From Squalus acanthias (Eukaryota): DNA of 64,000 nucleotides. Where the stretch lies: contig CM059425.1 in NCBI GenBank assembly GCA_030390025.1, forward strand, positions 171,742,001 to 171,806,000, in the 5' to 3' direction. Made by a program: the position numbers and the translations under genes. Below, one piece after another: positions 1 to 12,869 of the stretch. The first letter of the stretch is position 1. Each line of letters begins with the position of its first letter. The notes beneath the pieces were generated by a model. That model did no database searches. It was given only the letters and a program-made list of their open reading frames with translations, and was not told the origin of the DNA.

Positions 1-1599
1 TGTATGTTGGTCATTCAATAACGTTGGTCATTTTCTGTAGAACAGTCTGAATAATTGGCTTCAACCCCTCTACAAAACTGAACTGAGGCCATCCACACAG
101 AAGAAATTAATTTAGGCCTCTGCACTGACATGTACTGAAGTGGGTGGCATTTTTGATGCCACCAGCAGTTGCACACATGCCTTCGGTCTATATTTGCCAT
201 GGACATTCACCATTTCAGGGCCGTTGTCCGCTCATCAACATTTGGAGGCAAAGACCAGAGCAGGATCGAACTTCCCACACCCTGTATAGTCTGCGCCATG
301 AATTACTGAAGCTCAGTTACAAAGCACATGTTCTGCTGCGCCATGTGTCTCACATGCTTGGCAGGACAGATTGAAATCAAGATGGAGGCTTTGCTCTGCA
401 AAGTTTTTGCGCTACGGATAAAATACTGGTGTATAATTAACACAGCACTCGCAGGATTCATCAAAAGAAAGTACTCATCATTCGATGGTAAGTTACTGGA
501 ATGGCAGTTTTTGAAATTTAGTTTGACATGATTTGGATTTGGCCCAAAATTCCCAAAGTAGTTTCAGGACTCTAATAATTCTAATCCTGCAGCATTGCTG
601 AATTTCTTTTTATCTATACACTTCTCAAAGTCAAAGATGAGCATTATATCTACTATTACTTACTTTTGACATTGGATCATGGCTGATTCTAGTATTCATG
701 CAATCCAAATGTACACTTTGTCAAAGTTGTACAACAAGTATCTACATGAATAGACATTGCTATCCTTACATAAACATTTGACGCAAAGGAAGATTTTGGA
801 CGACGGTGAGATAACAGGGAAATGGATTAGCTTTGGATTGCTTTAGCAAAGAATCAGCACAGACATGGTTGGCTGAAGGAATTTAAAGGGGGAGACCAAA
901 GGCACACGCAAAGACAGAAATTTTAAGAGCAATTCCAAGACATGGGGTAGCCAGGGGACATGGTTTGAATTTTTTTTCCAAAGGACAGGTGCATAATGGT
1001 TGAAATAACTATTGTTTGCAGGTTGATCTCTTGAAAATGTCTGGAAGTACTGTTTGTAATTAATCTGAGGAGTACTCTCCCTCAACTACAGTCAACAGAG
1101 CAGGAATTCGCTCTCAGTGGAATACAAGTTAAATCAGGAATCAGGAGAAGTCTTAAACACTCCTTGCCAACAATTAGTATGCAAGGGATTCCATTCCAAT
1201 TCCGCTTTATTTGGTTGCTAAATTGAATCAAACACAACAACTTACATTTATATAGCGCCTTTAATGTAGTAAAACGTCCCACGGCGCTTGGAATCCTGCT
1301 ACATTTAACAGATCAGGGTCCATAAAATAGGAGCTTAGAACAAACCGAGTAAATAATATAAACTTGCATTTAGTTAGTGCCTTGAACTAGAAAAAACATC
1401 ACAAAGAACTTCACGGAGATGGAAGGTGGGAAATGTTGATGTTGCCATTCTCAAAAGGAACACTGCCAGTTTCTCATGAAACAGTCCTTTGGTTAAGAAT
1501 TTGATCCAACAATGTAAAGATACTTTAGTAATTAGTGTTCATAGGCAGACATATGATTACATCAATTTAGCAGGATGGGAGGGGAACTCAGAATATAAT

Positions 1600-1747
1600 G
1601 GCCCAAAATTTGCTGTCAAAACAATAACGAGGCTAACAGCGCTTCCAGCAACTTGCAGGGCAAAATGTCATCGACATTAAACGGGCAAGAGCAAGTCCAA
1701 CTAATGGCGGGCGCCGTTCGTTGGCCTGCCACAGCAATTTTCGGGCC
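1600..1747. mobile_element. ~150-bp PIF/Harbinger-like MITE
   Basis: Terminal inverted repeats GGCCCAAAATTTGCTG / CAGCAATTTTCGGGCC; flanks AAT and ATT; internal sequence resembles the right end of the 33200-33962 element. Confidence 0.65.
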
Positions 1748-1879
1748 ATTGTTAATTAATGTTCTGTTGTTCGAAATGTTGATCACTTTAATTAATCTTT
1801 AGAGACAGGGGAAAAAAGTACTTTCACACATCTTACATGAGGTACAAGCCCCTCACCGCCTTCCAATAGGTATTGACTT

Positions 1880-2210
1880 CTGCTCGGGGTCAGTTCCACA
1901 GGTGATAGACACCCTTCAATACAACTTGCTGAAGTAACCATCCTTCATGTATGAGCCCAAACAGTGGATGTCACCAGACTATTTGGAGAGCATCACCACT
2001 TGGCTCATTCTCAGCTGTAATGTTCTCTGGACAGTGCACACGATGGGAACCCTGGCTGTCCTTCCCCTCTCCAGCCCAAGGTAACAGAGGCCAACTGTAG
2101 CACACCCCTACTACCATCCCAGCTGAGTTCAACAGAAACCAGAGATCAAGATTTATCACTACACCTGGTGGTGCTTTTAACCATTTGGTCATCGGGGGAA
2201 CTTGGCAAAA
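1880..2210 (-). mobile_element. Degraded ancient SINE-like repeat (probably tRNA-headed)
   Basis: Shares blocks such as CCATCCTTCATGTATGAGCCCAAACAGTG with 51490-51845; related pieces at ~3745-3900, 12870-13215 and 23650-23865. Confidence 0.45.
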
Positions 2211-3744
2211 CTGCAAATGAGTTATAATTCAAATGCGGTTCCATTTAATTAAATTAGAACTTGATGACAAAGAACAGCTATTTAATCATAGACTTGGATT
2301 GACTGTACATAAGTGTATCGATAGACTTTCTTTTCATTGTGTTTGTGGGCGTACACCATATTATCAAATGGTAAAATAAGTGACAAAATGCTTTTTACAA
2401 ATCGCAGTGGATGGTTTATTGGGCGGCAGCTTCTATTCCTGAAAATTTTCATGGACCTCTGAACTTGTAATTCAAGGGCTGTGCTCAATATTTTTTTAAA
2501 ATTCATACCTACTATATTATATTGGAAGCTAAACTTATCCTTCAGAGCTTTAGCTGTGCTCACTTCCTTCTGTGCACGATTTTGCTTTTCATTTCTTAGC
2601 GTCAAGCTGCTCCTTAATTGGTTGCAGCAAATACACCAAATACCAAAACAACTTGGCATTCTCTTCAGTCATTAGCAATTTTCTTGTCCAATTTTCTCTC
2701 CATGTCTTTAATTCCCTTTTTAGCCATCTTCAATTGTTTTTCCAGTCTTCTTCTTTCTAGTTCTTTCAATCATTGAAAATTACTTCAGTTTTATCCTTAC
2801 AAACCTTTATCTGTCAATTTAAAAATCTGGAGCTAAATCATCAAATTCCCCTCTTAGTTCCAAATGGAATCCACTTGAATCCAATGAAGTTCACCCTAAG
2901 AAAGTTCCACTGCTGGCTTTTAACTTTGGATCTAGAGTTTAAACTTCTAATCGAACAGAAGGAAAAATTTCATGAAAAGTAAACTTAAAACAGGTATTAG
3001 AAAAAAAGTTATTTGCTCAAAGGATGATAAACATTTGAAATAAACTACCAGGCACAGCAGTAGAGACTAAAACATTCGGGACATTCGAAAAGCAGTTGGA
3101 TGCGATAATAGGAGAATTGGGGTACTGAAGAGATGAGCTTCTCTGGGCTAAATTGACTTTTCTCAGTCTTGACTTTTCTAAAGTCCCGTCAGGATAGTAA
3201 AGGCTATTCTTGATAAATATTTTAATCCCACTAGTTGTAACTTTTCCGGTAAGTACAAAAGCGAACCTCTCTCAAAAGCTTTCCTAATCCAGGCAGTTCC
3301 CTCAAAAATCAATGACAAACAGCTGTTCAGATTATTTTTTCTGTTACCTGCAGTAAAGTGCTGGATTTGTGCACTGTCAAAGTCCCGGGGATCACATTTG
3401 AAACCTAATTATCAGATTGACTAGCGTAGATGCATAAATGGTGCTCATTCTTCGAAAAAAGCCTGCAGTTCTCAACGTGTGGATTATCAGTCACGAGAAT
3501 TTCAGTAAAGCACAATGGCAGGCATATAAAATTTGTCTGCTTGAACTGCGAAAAATACACCTAAAGGGTCTGTCACGGGTAGTGCCAGAGCTGGGGGAAA
3601 TGTTAGAATGTGACTCAAGAGTCATATTGCACAACATTAAAGTATATTGGCTTAATCCTGACTTTTCCTACAGGGCTCTGGTAGCAATATATAAAATATG
3701 TCCAGTAACAATAGCCTGTATTTATCAACACGTACCATTTCTCA

Positions 3745-3900
3745 GATGGCTGTGTGTAAATGCATAGTCTGGCATGATACTGAGCCATACAGACAAGGAA
3801 AGTCCAATGTTTGATCTCCAGCTTATTGATCTCTGGAACAATGGTGAGGATGCTACCCGAGTTCAGCTCAGCAGCGTGGTGGAGCCATACCCCAACAGGA
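3745..3900 (+). mobile_element. Degraded 5' part of the same ancient SINE-like repeat
   Basis: CTGAGCCATACAGACAAGGAAAGTCC resembles GAGCCACACAGACCAAGACCC at ~23686. Confidence 0.4.
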
Positions 3901-4296
3901 AACAGCACCTTCAGGAAAGGAGAGTAGAAAATTGGGAGAGGAGTTTAAATTGGTTCAACTGTCACGTTTGCCTTCAATTGCTCTAGAAAGCTCATGGAGA
4001 AATGCCACTGTTTTTGCTTCTTGGATGTTTTACTTGCAATTATTATCTCCTTCCCACCCCATCGTCAGCAAATTCTTATGACTTCTATCAATTTTCCCTC
4101 GTGCTTATATTGTTGTTAAAATAAAAGATTCAAATGTTTCTAATATCAGCCATGCCATCCGAAAGCAGGACACAAAACTAGAGAGCTCGATACCAGGTGT
4201 GCTCTGGTGCACTTTGCAGTGACTGTTACAGAGTACCACTGACAAAGGACTGGTGGCAGCAATCTAGGCTTCCCATTTGGCATGTGTCATAGGGAG

Positions 4297-5920
4297 TGTA
4301 AAGTTTCGCAATTATCGCGATTCAAAATAACACAAGAGAAGCAGATTCGTTTGATCAGTTTTATTAAACGAAATGCTGTCATGATATAAAGGACACAGAA
4401 GCCTGTAAAATGGCCGCCGCGCATCGTGGCAGAAGCTTCCAGAAATACAGTGGGCAGACAAGATGGCGTCGAATAAACATTCGATATAAAATTGGATCAT
4501 ACTCGATAAACACTGATAAAGACAGGATGCAACCTGTTTGCATTTGTGACAATAGCAAAGATATAAGTGCTGGAATCGTTTTCCATGCACAAGTAAGGAC
4601 CATTGTACTGGGCAATCGAAGGCCCATCCAGACACATCAATACACAAATACCCCCACGGCTCTACAATGAGAGAGACATTGACGGGTGATTAAGCAAGTA
4701 TTCGGGGGCCCCCAAAACCAGTCAGGGAGACGATTCATACAACCCTGGCTGGGTCAACAATGGGGAAAACATTAACGGGTAGTTGGCCAGTTTCAGGTGC
4801 CACCGAAACCCATTAAAAGGAGAATCGCCCCATGCTGGGAGTTTTGTGCACCAGCATTACACAAAGGACAAACATTAAGATTTGGGCGGGAGATAAGCGG
4901 ACACAGTACTATAACTATAGTGAACAAATGTCCATCGCTCTCTTATTCTCTTATTCTGATCCTCGGGTATCGCTCTGCTGGACGAGCAGCCTTCTGTGTT
5001 TCTCTGGACTTTGTTGATTCTTGACTTTTAGCCGTACTGGTCGGTTATTCGAATGTTGGGTGGAGCTCAATCGGAACGAGCCGCCCCGACAAGGGCAAGT
5101 AGCAGGGTGCACCATCCCAAGTGTCGGTAAACGGTGTCTGGACCCGGAGGCCCGAAGAGACGAGACGAGACGACAAGAAAAGAAGAATCATCCACGTGCC
5201 GCCACGGTCAGTAAACCCCGACCGCGTCCGAAAATATAAATAAAGAACTTTTCATTGAAGTCTACCGACAACCGGTGTCGAACACAGGAAGACTCTTCTT
5301 TGAATTTTACAAACGTTTCCGAGTTCTACCGAGTTCTTCATGACAACAGAGAGTCTGGCCTGCTTGTCGCAGCAGCGAAGATAAACAAGTGGGGTACAGA
5401 GACCCCTCCAAACACGTGACAGTCAGGCGCTGCAGCGAAACGAGCCGAGTGCCTCACTTTAAAATTCTCCGAAGTAACACGAGTGGTGAGCATGTTTCCC
5501 GATCCTACAAATCTAGACGTAGTGTAGGTATTGTTAAGGGAGGGTGGTTATTAAGGTTAAAGTATAATGTGTTCCCCTTTTTACGATGTGCCATGCGTTC
5601 TTCATTACCATAGACCAAGCTTTATGAATGTATGTATACTTGTACTCTCGTTAATTTGCGCCTATGACATGTACTTCATGATTTTGGACGCTATGCAATA
5701 AAGATTTCCATTTCGTACTATTCAACCGGGTCTATTTGAGTTTTTCTCTGCATTACTGCTCCTGCACCTAAGTCCAGTGTTAGAACCGTAAGGGCGAGTG
5801 GGTCGAACCACTCACAGGTGCTTATTGCAAAAGGCTGGCCGGAGACCAGAGCAAGCAATAGTATTAGGCAACGAAGGCCTAACCTCGCACCAGCACCGTC
5901 TGAGACACGAAACCCTTACA
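4297..5920 (+). mobile_element. Solo-LTR-like element, 1624 bp (Gypsy or ERV type)
   Basis: Starts TGTAAAGTTTCG and ends CGAAACCCTTACA (imperfect terminal IR, TG...CA); 4-bp TSD GGAG at 4293-4296 and 5921-5924; AATAAA at 5697-5702; CpG-rich relative to the flanks; no recognisable ORF. Confidence 0.8.
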
Positions 5921-6179
5921 GGAGATGGTTAATATAAAAAAGAACAAAAAGTAAAAGAGAAATAGATAGCGGCAAAACTCATGCTTAGTTCGTCTACATA
6001 ACAGTCACTGCACTTCAAAGTAATTCACTGTGTGAAGTTCTTTATCAGACACGATAAGACATTATATAAATGCAAATCTTTTTGTACACACAAAAGTCTG
6101 CTTTCTAATTTTATAAAGTGAACAAAAATAAGTACAATAAAATAAGATTTTTGCCTAGATTCATTGAATTTTACAACCA

Positions 6180-6460
6180 GCTCTCTGAAAGAGGGAACCA
6201 CTTAGTCCCAAACCCCTGCCATTTCCCCATGTCCTTTTAAATCTATCTTCTTCAAAAAATTATCCACTTCCCTTTTACAAGCTACCACTGTTTCTGGTAG
6301 GGCAGACCATGTCCTAACAACCCTCTGCATTCAAAAAAATCTCCCAACATTTCCCTTTGTTCCTTTGGTGATCTTCAATCTATGCCTCTAGTTAGTAACC
6401 CACTGCCCAGTAGAAACTGTTTTTAACTGTTTACCTTTATCAAAAACACTCAATTTTAAA
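6180..6460 (-). mobile_element. Old degraded CR1 LINE 3' fragment
   Basis: Weak similarity to the CR1 ORF2 end and 3' UTR seen in younger copies. Confidence 0.4.
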
Positions 6461-6708
6461 CCAGCAACAGGATTATTGGAATGTAAAAAATTTTGAAATT
6501 ACAAAATTAAGGCTTGAACTAATGCTCAAGGCATTTAAGTTAACAATTTGTGGATTTCCATAGTAATGGGCATAATTGGAAACAAGGTTGAGGAAAAAAG
6601 ATGGATGTTTTAAACTTAAATGCACAGACATACATTATGGCTTTTTTTTAAAAAAAAGTACACGTCATGACTAAAATTCAGTACAGTGCAAAAATCAAAC
6701 TTTCTTTT

Positions 6709-8172
6709 AGAAACATAGAAGATAGGAGCAGGAGTAGGCCATTCGGCCCCTCGAGCCAGTTCCTCCATTTAATGAGATCATGGCTGATCATCCAAATTCA
6801 GTACCCTTTCTCCCCATATCCCTTGATCCCTTTAGCCTTAAGAAATATATCTAACTCCTTCTTGAATATATTTAATGAATTGGCCCTTACTGCCTTGTGT
6901 GGTAGAGAATTCCACAGATTCACCACTCTCTGGGTGAAGAAATTCCTCCTCATCTCAGTCCTAAATGGCTTACCCCTTATCCTTAGACTGTGACCTCTGG
7001 TTCTGGACTCCCCTGCCATCGGGAACATCCTTCCTGCATTTAGTCTGTCTAGTCCTGTTAGAATTTTATAAGTTTCAATGGGATCCCCTCTCATTCTTCT
7101 AAACTCTAGCGAATATAAGCCTAATCGACCCAATCTCTCCTCATACGTCATTCCTGCCATCCCAGGTATCAGTCTGGTGAATCTTCGCTGCACTCTCTCC
7201 ATGGCAAGAACATCCTTCCTCAGATAAGGCGACCAAAACTGCACACAATACTCAAGGTGTGGTCTCACCAAGGCCCTGTACAACTGCAGCAAGACATCCT
7301 TGCTCCTGTACTCGAATCCTCTCGCTATGAAGGCCAACATACCAAATGCCTTCTTAACTGCCTGCTGCACCTGCATGCTTACCTTCAGCGACTGGTGCAC
7401 AAGGACACCCAGGTCTCGTTGCACTTCCCCTTTTCCCAATCTCTTGCCGTTCAGATAATAATCTGTCTTCCTGTTTTTGCCACCAAAGTGGATAACCTCG
7501 CATTTATCCACATTATACTGCATCTGCCATGCATCTGCCCAATCACCCAACCTGTCCAAATCATACTGGAGTTTCTCTGCATCCTCCTCACAGCACACAC
7601 ACCCACCCAGCTTTGTGTCGTCTGCAAACTTGGAGATACAGGAAACTCTTTATTAACCGGCACCGACGGGACCGGCGTGGTGCCGGTTAATCAAAAAGTC
7701 CGGATAACGGAGAGTTATATCTCCCAACGTACGAGAGCCCCGTACACATTGACATGCGCCTGCATTCGGAGCTCCGTCTCCCCGGGGACCGCCAGCTGAC
7801 CATCTGTCGTGTCCGCTGCCTACCCGGGCTGCACATTCCCCTCCCAATCTACACGCTCCGGTACAAGGCAAACGCCTCGGGGTTTTTTTTAAAGTTAATT
7901 TTAAACGAGAGATGAAGGAAAACCCCGGTTACCTACTCAAGAATTTTGCCGGTTAAGAGAGATTTCCGGATATTTGGGTGCCGGTTAATAAAAAGTTTCC
8001 TGTATTACATCTAGTTCCCTCGTCTAGATCATTTATATGTATTGTGAATAGCTGGGGTCCTAGCACCGATCCCTGCGGTACCCCACTAGTCACTGCCTGC
8101 CACTCGGAAAAAGACCCGTTTATTCCAATACTTTGCTTCCTGTCTGCCAACCAGTTCTCTATCCAAGACAAT
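6709..8172 (-). mobile_element. 5'-truncated CR1 (HER1-like) LINE, RT C-terminal half, interrupted by a MITE
   Basis: ORFs 7953-8297 ([14 protein letters not shown]) and 6798-7598 (YRALVRPHLEYCVQFWSP...FFTQRVVNLWNSLP); FADD motif at ~7615-7630; TTCTATGTTTCT tail at ~6709. Confidence 0.95.
7639..8002. mobile_element. 364-bp Tc1/mariner (Tigger/pogo-like) MITE inserted in the CR1
   Basis: 26-bp TIR CAGGAAACTCTTTATTAACCGGCACC (one mismatch); TA duplicated at 7637-7638 and 8003-8004; the uninterrupted site GGAGATATTACATC is present in the sister CR1 at ~18963-18976 (reverse strand). Confidence 0.92.
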
Positions 8173-10564
8173 GGCACATTTGGCAGCACAATCATGCTTT
8201 CTACTTCGGTGCTAAAATGTCCTAAATGTTGAGAGCAAAAACACAGGTGGCAGTATGTGAACAAACAGTAAATATTTTCCCTTAGTAAAAAAAGCATTGG
8301 ACTTTTGTTTTTAAATACTTCTACAACACAGATGTATTAGGGAAGGAAACAAGACCATTCATATTGTGTACTTGAATCACCACAGGGACTGTTTGTTGCA
8401 CACTGCTTTAAAAACCAAACTCCTTTCATCTCTTGTGAAATTGCACTTCAGTTTCATATTTGGGGGATCGCACTTTTTCAGCACATTTGAGTTATACAAA
8501 AAAAAATGCACAAAGGTATGAGAGCCACTGTCCATTAGGCTGTCAGATCTGACATGATAGACTATTACACAAACTATTTGCATCATGCTGGGATCACATC
8601 GAAATTAGCAAACAATGTCATGATTTCACAAGCAATTTTTCACAACATTTACAAAAGCAAAGCAAGGTGTGTGATTCACCAAAGGAGGTCTTGCTTTTCT
8701 GCTGGGCTCTGATCAGTTGAGTACTTCACTAATGCACTGAAAATTAGAAAAAAATCTTCTAATATGTCCAACATAAAACACTGAAAGTGCTTCTTCATGC
8801 TGGGAATTAAACTGCAGGCAAACCAAAAGGAGGATTAAACACAATTTTTTTTTAAATTGCAAACATCGAATCTCCCATGGTGTTTATAATAACAAGTCAG
8901 AGGATATGACAAGAGCATTACACCAAGGAACACACAATTCATTATTAAATGAGTTGGAAGCTTTCACATCGTCACAGCATAGGCCCAAAGGAACAGCCCT
9001 GAGAAAAGGTGTCTGCAGCTGAGATGCAGCTGGCTGCTTCCTTTAAGGCCACAAAGTCTAACTAATCAGAACAAAAAACTAATACTGCACCGACTCAACT
9101 ACTCCATGTGACCAAGTGCTATAAAGTAAGCACATACTGAGATAATTAGAGGCTGATCGCTGTTACATAGGAAAATTCCGCAAACAATCTGCTTTGATTA
9201 TGATATTTGTTTGTTGCCATTCTCCATTCAGTAGTGATTTGCTGCTGTTTTACAAATCAGCTGCAAATGTGACATAACTTGACATCTGGGACACTTCAAG
9301 GTGCAACAGACATTCTGGATGCAAGACTTTTTATCTGCATATAAACAGGAAATTACACCTAATGATGTGTATATTTTTCATAGCTTGAAAAATATTACAT
9401 TCGGATTTATTAATATTTGTAATCTAAAAGAAGTGACATTTAATTAATATTTTCAAGATTTTGTAATAAAATGTAAATAAAAACAGAACTTAGATAGGTA
9501 TCCTAGACCTTCAGAAGTCTAAATAAATGTTACTCAAAAAATATTTAGTTAGAAAACTTTGGAAGAAAGAAAATGTACAATTAAACAAATATTGATAAGG
9601 TCAGTTGTTAATTTAATAGTAAAAATAAAATTAATTTGTGCAGTTCCTTTAGGCATTCTAAGTGTGTCCAATGACGCGAGGGCACAGAAAATCACAACTG
9701 ATCACATTATCCAAGTCCATTAGCTTTCACCCAGGAATTTGTAATAATTTGATTGCCTATTCCACCTTCAATGACATTCACCCTTTGGGCATTGCTTCAC
9801 ATTGGACTTGCTTGAAGCAAGTCATACAGCTGATGAAAGGAGATTTATAAGTTATGCACTAAAGCTTTGAGAATGGGAAAAGAGACTGGCCTGGAACTAA
9901 TGGCATTGATATTTTTTCCACCCATTAAAAAAGATCTATGATGGGTCTTGGTTAATATATTTCCCTTATTCAGTGCACCAGGTCGCATCGTCAAATTACA
10001 ACCTTCCATTACCTAACATCAAGGATTGAAACTTTTTTTTTTAAATGCAGTCTTTCTTCCCTCTCTCCACTATTAAAAGTCATCATGGACCTAAACAATT
10101 CGGTTTTTTTTTAAATGTATCTCACTAATAAGTAGAATCTCTCAATAAATAAGTAATTTTGAAATAATTATTGAGAAGTTAATGATACTTTAACATTTTT
10201 ATTGATTTACCAGATCAGTAACATGCCAATTAAAAAGCAAACTACATTTTCAGCATTATTAGTTTTAGCGACATGTTTCCATAACTATATCAGTAGTGAC
10301 GACACATTCTAAACATGCCACTTTAAATCTTCAGCTGGACTATATGGGTGATGCACCTATCAGATACCGGGTGCAAAATTCAGATTCGTAACGCCCATTT
10401 TTTGTGCGCTGATTGCCCTTACAGGTCCAAAATGGCGTCTGCGGCACTTGAAAACTTGTGGGGCAAATCGCATCAGATGCCATATCGGTGAGGGTGTTAG
10501 CACGCACACAGTAAGTGTCAGCCAGAAGTATGCAGAGCAGGCAGATCATGACGTTAGCACTGCC

Positions 10565-11110
10565 CTATACCAGAACTGAAAGGGATTCCACTGACTCAAC
10601 ATCCAGCTGGTGTGTGACCACAGGCAGCGTATCATGCAGGTCAATGCCCGGAATCCTGGCAGCAGTCATAATGCCTTCATTCTGCGGCAGTCCGCTGTGC
10701 TAGCTGCATTTCAGCCACCACGGCAGACCAAAGGGTGGCTACTGGGCGACCGGGGCTATCCGCTGACGACATGGCTCATGATTCCAGTGTGCAACCTGTG
10801 CACATGCGGCCAGCATGCATACAATAAAAGCCATGCTGCCACATAAAATGTGATAGAACAGACCATTGGCGTGCTGAAACAATGCTTTCACTGCCTGGAC
10901 CGCTCTGGGGGAGCTCTGCAGAAGTTGGCAGAGTGGGTATCAAGATTCATGGTGGTCTGCTACATGCTGCACAACCTCGCCATTATGAGGGCACTGCCCA
11001 TGCCACCAGCTATACGATGACCAGCTGAGGAAGAGGAAGGGAGGAGGCAACCTCGACAGCCACTTTCTGCCCGGGTTATCCGTGAGAACTCCTCCGAGTG
11101 CGATACCAGA
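10565..11110 (+). pseudogene. PIF/Harbinger DDE transposase C-terminal remnant (HARBI1-like)
   Basis: Translates as KGFH*LNIQLVCDHRQRIMQVNARNPGSSHNAFIL...GWLLGDRGYPLTTWLM...YNKSHAAT*NVIEQTIGVLKQCFHCLDRSGG; contains stops; N-terminus deleted. Confidence 0.9.
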
Positions 11111-11262
11111 AACCGCAACCCCAATTCCCCATTCACCAACAGTCCCACACCTTACCTTCCCTCTGTCACAGCGTCCACAATGCAAAAATAAAAGAACCCA
11201 CAAAAAAAAATTGCAAACAAAATTTATAAATCAAATCATGCCATATTGCATACAAATGTAAA

Positions 11263-12525
11263 CTAATCACCCTTGTGCATTCCCTTAGTGCCTGTCTTCC
11301 GTATGTCTTTGCCTGTCCTAGGACTCCTATGCAGTGCTAACCCAGTGGCTGCAGCATGGCTGGTGGAAGGCTGCTGACTTTCAGTAGAGGAGACTGCAGA
11401 TGGCCTTGGAGGACAACCTCGAGCAGCTCTGGGCCTAGAAGGCCCGGCTTCGGACTGCACCATCTTGGCACAGGCAGCGTATGGGCTGGTTGGCTGTTTG
11501 ACGGGCAACAGCAAGGGCACTGGCGGAGTGGCAGTGGTGGGAGGACGAATGCTGTCATCCTGAGAGAGGACAGCAAGTTCGTGCTCCACGGAGCCACTGC
11601 CACTCCCCCGGGTTGGTGTCTCAGCAATCCTAGCAAGGGGACAGATTGCTGGACTGCTGTGACACCCTGAAAGCCCCTTAGCACACAGTATTCCACAGCT
11701 ATGATGGCAGCAGTCTGAGCTTGCATGACAGAAGTCTGAGCTTCCACTGCAGCACTCAGACGTTGGGTGGCTTCTGCTTGTGCTGCAATGGAAGCTGCGA
11801 CATCGGCCATCAGACGCTACATCATGGCTGGGTCCACAAGTGTGCGAACGGAGTTGGCCACCACTTCCATGCTGGAAAAGATGGGCTCCATCCTCTGTGC
11901 GAAGTCCTGTGCCAAATTGTGCTCGACTCTCCATCCTCCTTGACACTGTACGCAGGGTATCTGGCAGGCTTCCCAATGCACCAAACATTTCATTGTGCAT
12001 AACCAACAGCCTTCTTCTGTAGCCTGCCCCATCAAAGTCCTCATCTGAGTCCTCTGCAGCAGAACTCGTGTGCAACCTTGGCCTCTGGCGAGCTGGCACC
12101 TGCGCTATTCGTGCCCAGTGTCTCACCACGTGCAGATCCCGCCTTTATGCTATCCTCTAAATTACGCACAGGTGTCAGTATCTGAGCTGGTGGCTGCAAG
12201 TGTGAAATAGACTGACGGCGTGACTTCATCATCACTGTTTTCTTGCTCTTCCAACACTGCCTGGCCAGGCTGCAGTTCTTGGGTATCTGAAAGGAGAAGC
12301 CACAAGGATAAAGTTGTGGCGAGAGGATTGGGGCGGAGGGGGGGGGGAGTAAGAGTTGCATGCTTACACCATCTACAGCTTGTAAATCAGAAGAGATTGT
12401 GGGATGAGGGGGAAGTGGGATGCGAGAAGGGGGATTAGGTATGAGGATACCGTTACCTTCGATGGTTTCAGCTCAGCCATCGCCATTCCAAAATGGACAT
12501 CACCGTCTCCTCCATGGGGCTTAGG
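11263..12525 (-). pseudogene. Harbinger ORF2 (Myb/SANT partner gene) C-terminal remnant with an apparent intron
   Basis: Convergent with the transposase; acidic stretch and Ala/Gln heptad segment (MADVAASIAAQAEATQRLSAAVEAQT); GT...AG intron 12456-12287 with AAG|GTAACG donor and CTTCTCCTTTCAG acceptor; upstream piece LSPMEETVMSI. Confidence 0.65.
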
Positions 12526-12612
12526 GTTCGACCCGAAATGTTGCCTCTGTTTCTCTCTCCTCGATGTTGCCTGATCTGCTGAGTGTTTCCAGCACTTTCT
12601 GTTGTTATTTTA
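12520..12612 (+). mobile_element. Penelope-like 3' end fragment (half hammerhead motif)
   Basis: AGGGTTCGACCCGAAATGTTG...GATGTTGCCTGATCTGCTGAGTGTTTCCAGCACTTTCTGTT resembles Penelope pLTR ends; stem II plus GAAA present, CUGANGA half missing. Confidence 0.55.
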
Positions 12613-12869
12613 CATTTTTTAAATGTTTAATTATATTGTTTTGCTATTTTTAGCTTTCAACATTTTCTTTTTACAGCAACTGCATAAACCAGACTTATTG
12701 ACTTGTTGGATACAAGACTTATCAATGGCTGGAACTAGCATCAATTCTGAGTCATACTCATTGGATGACTATCATATCTAACCTGTGCCAGACATGTTTC
12801 TCTATGACTGTACAACTTCACCAGAAACAATTAAACTGTGAAAAAAAAACAAAAGTGCTGTGCAACTGG

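Noticed and set aside
2282..2815. Lys/Glu-rich coiled-coil-like reading on the minus strand (LKELERRRLEKQLKMAKKGIKDMERKLDKKI)
   Set aside because: Interrupted by stops and frame changes, with no recognisable family; at most an unassignable relic.
3615..3908. Apparent exon with a good acceptor (VLFPVGVWLHHAAEL...)
   Set aside because: Overlaps the antisense strand of a degraded SINE-like repeat found several times in the window.
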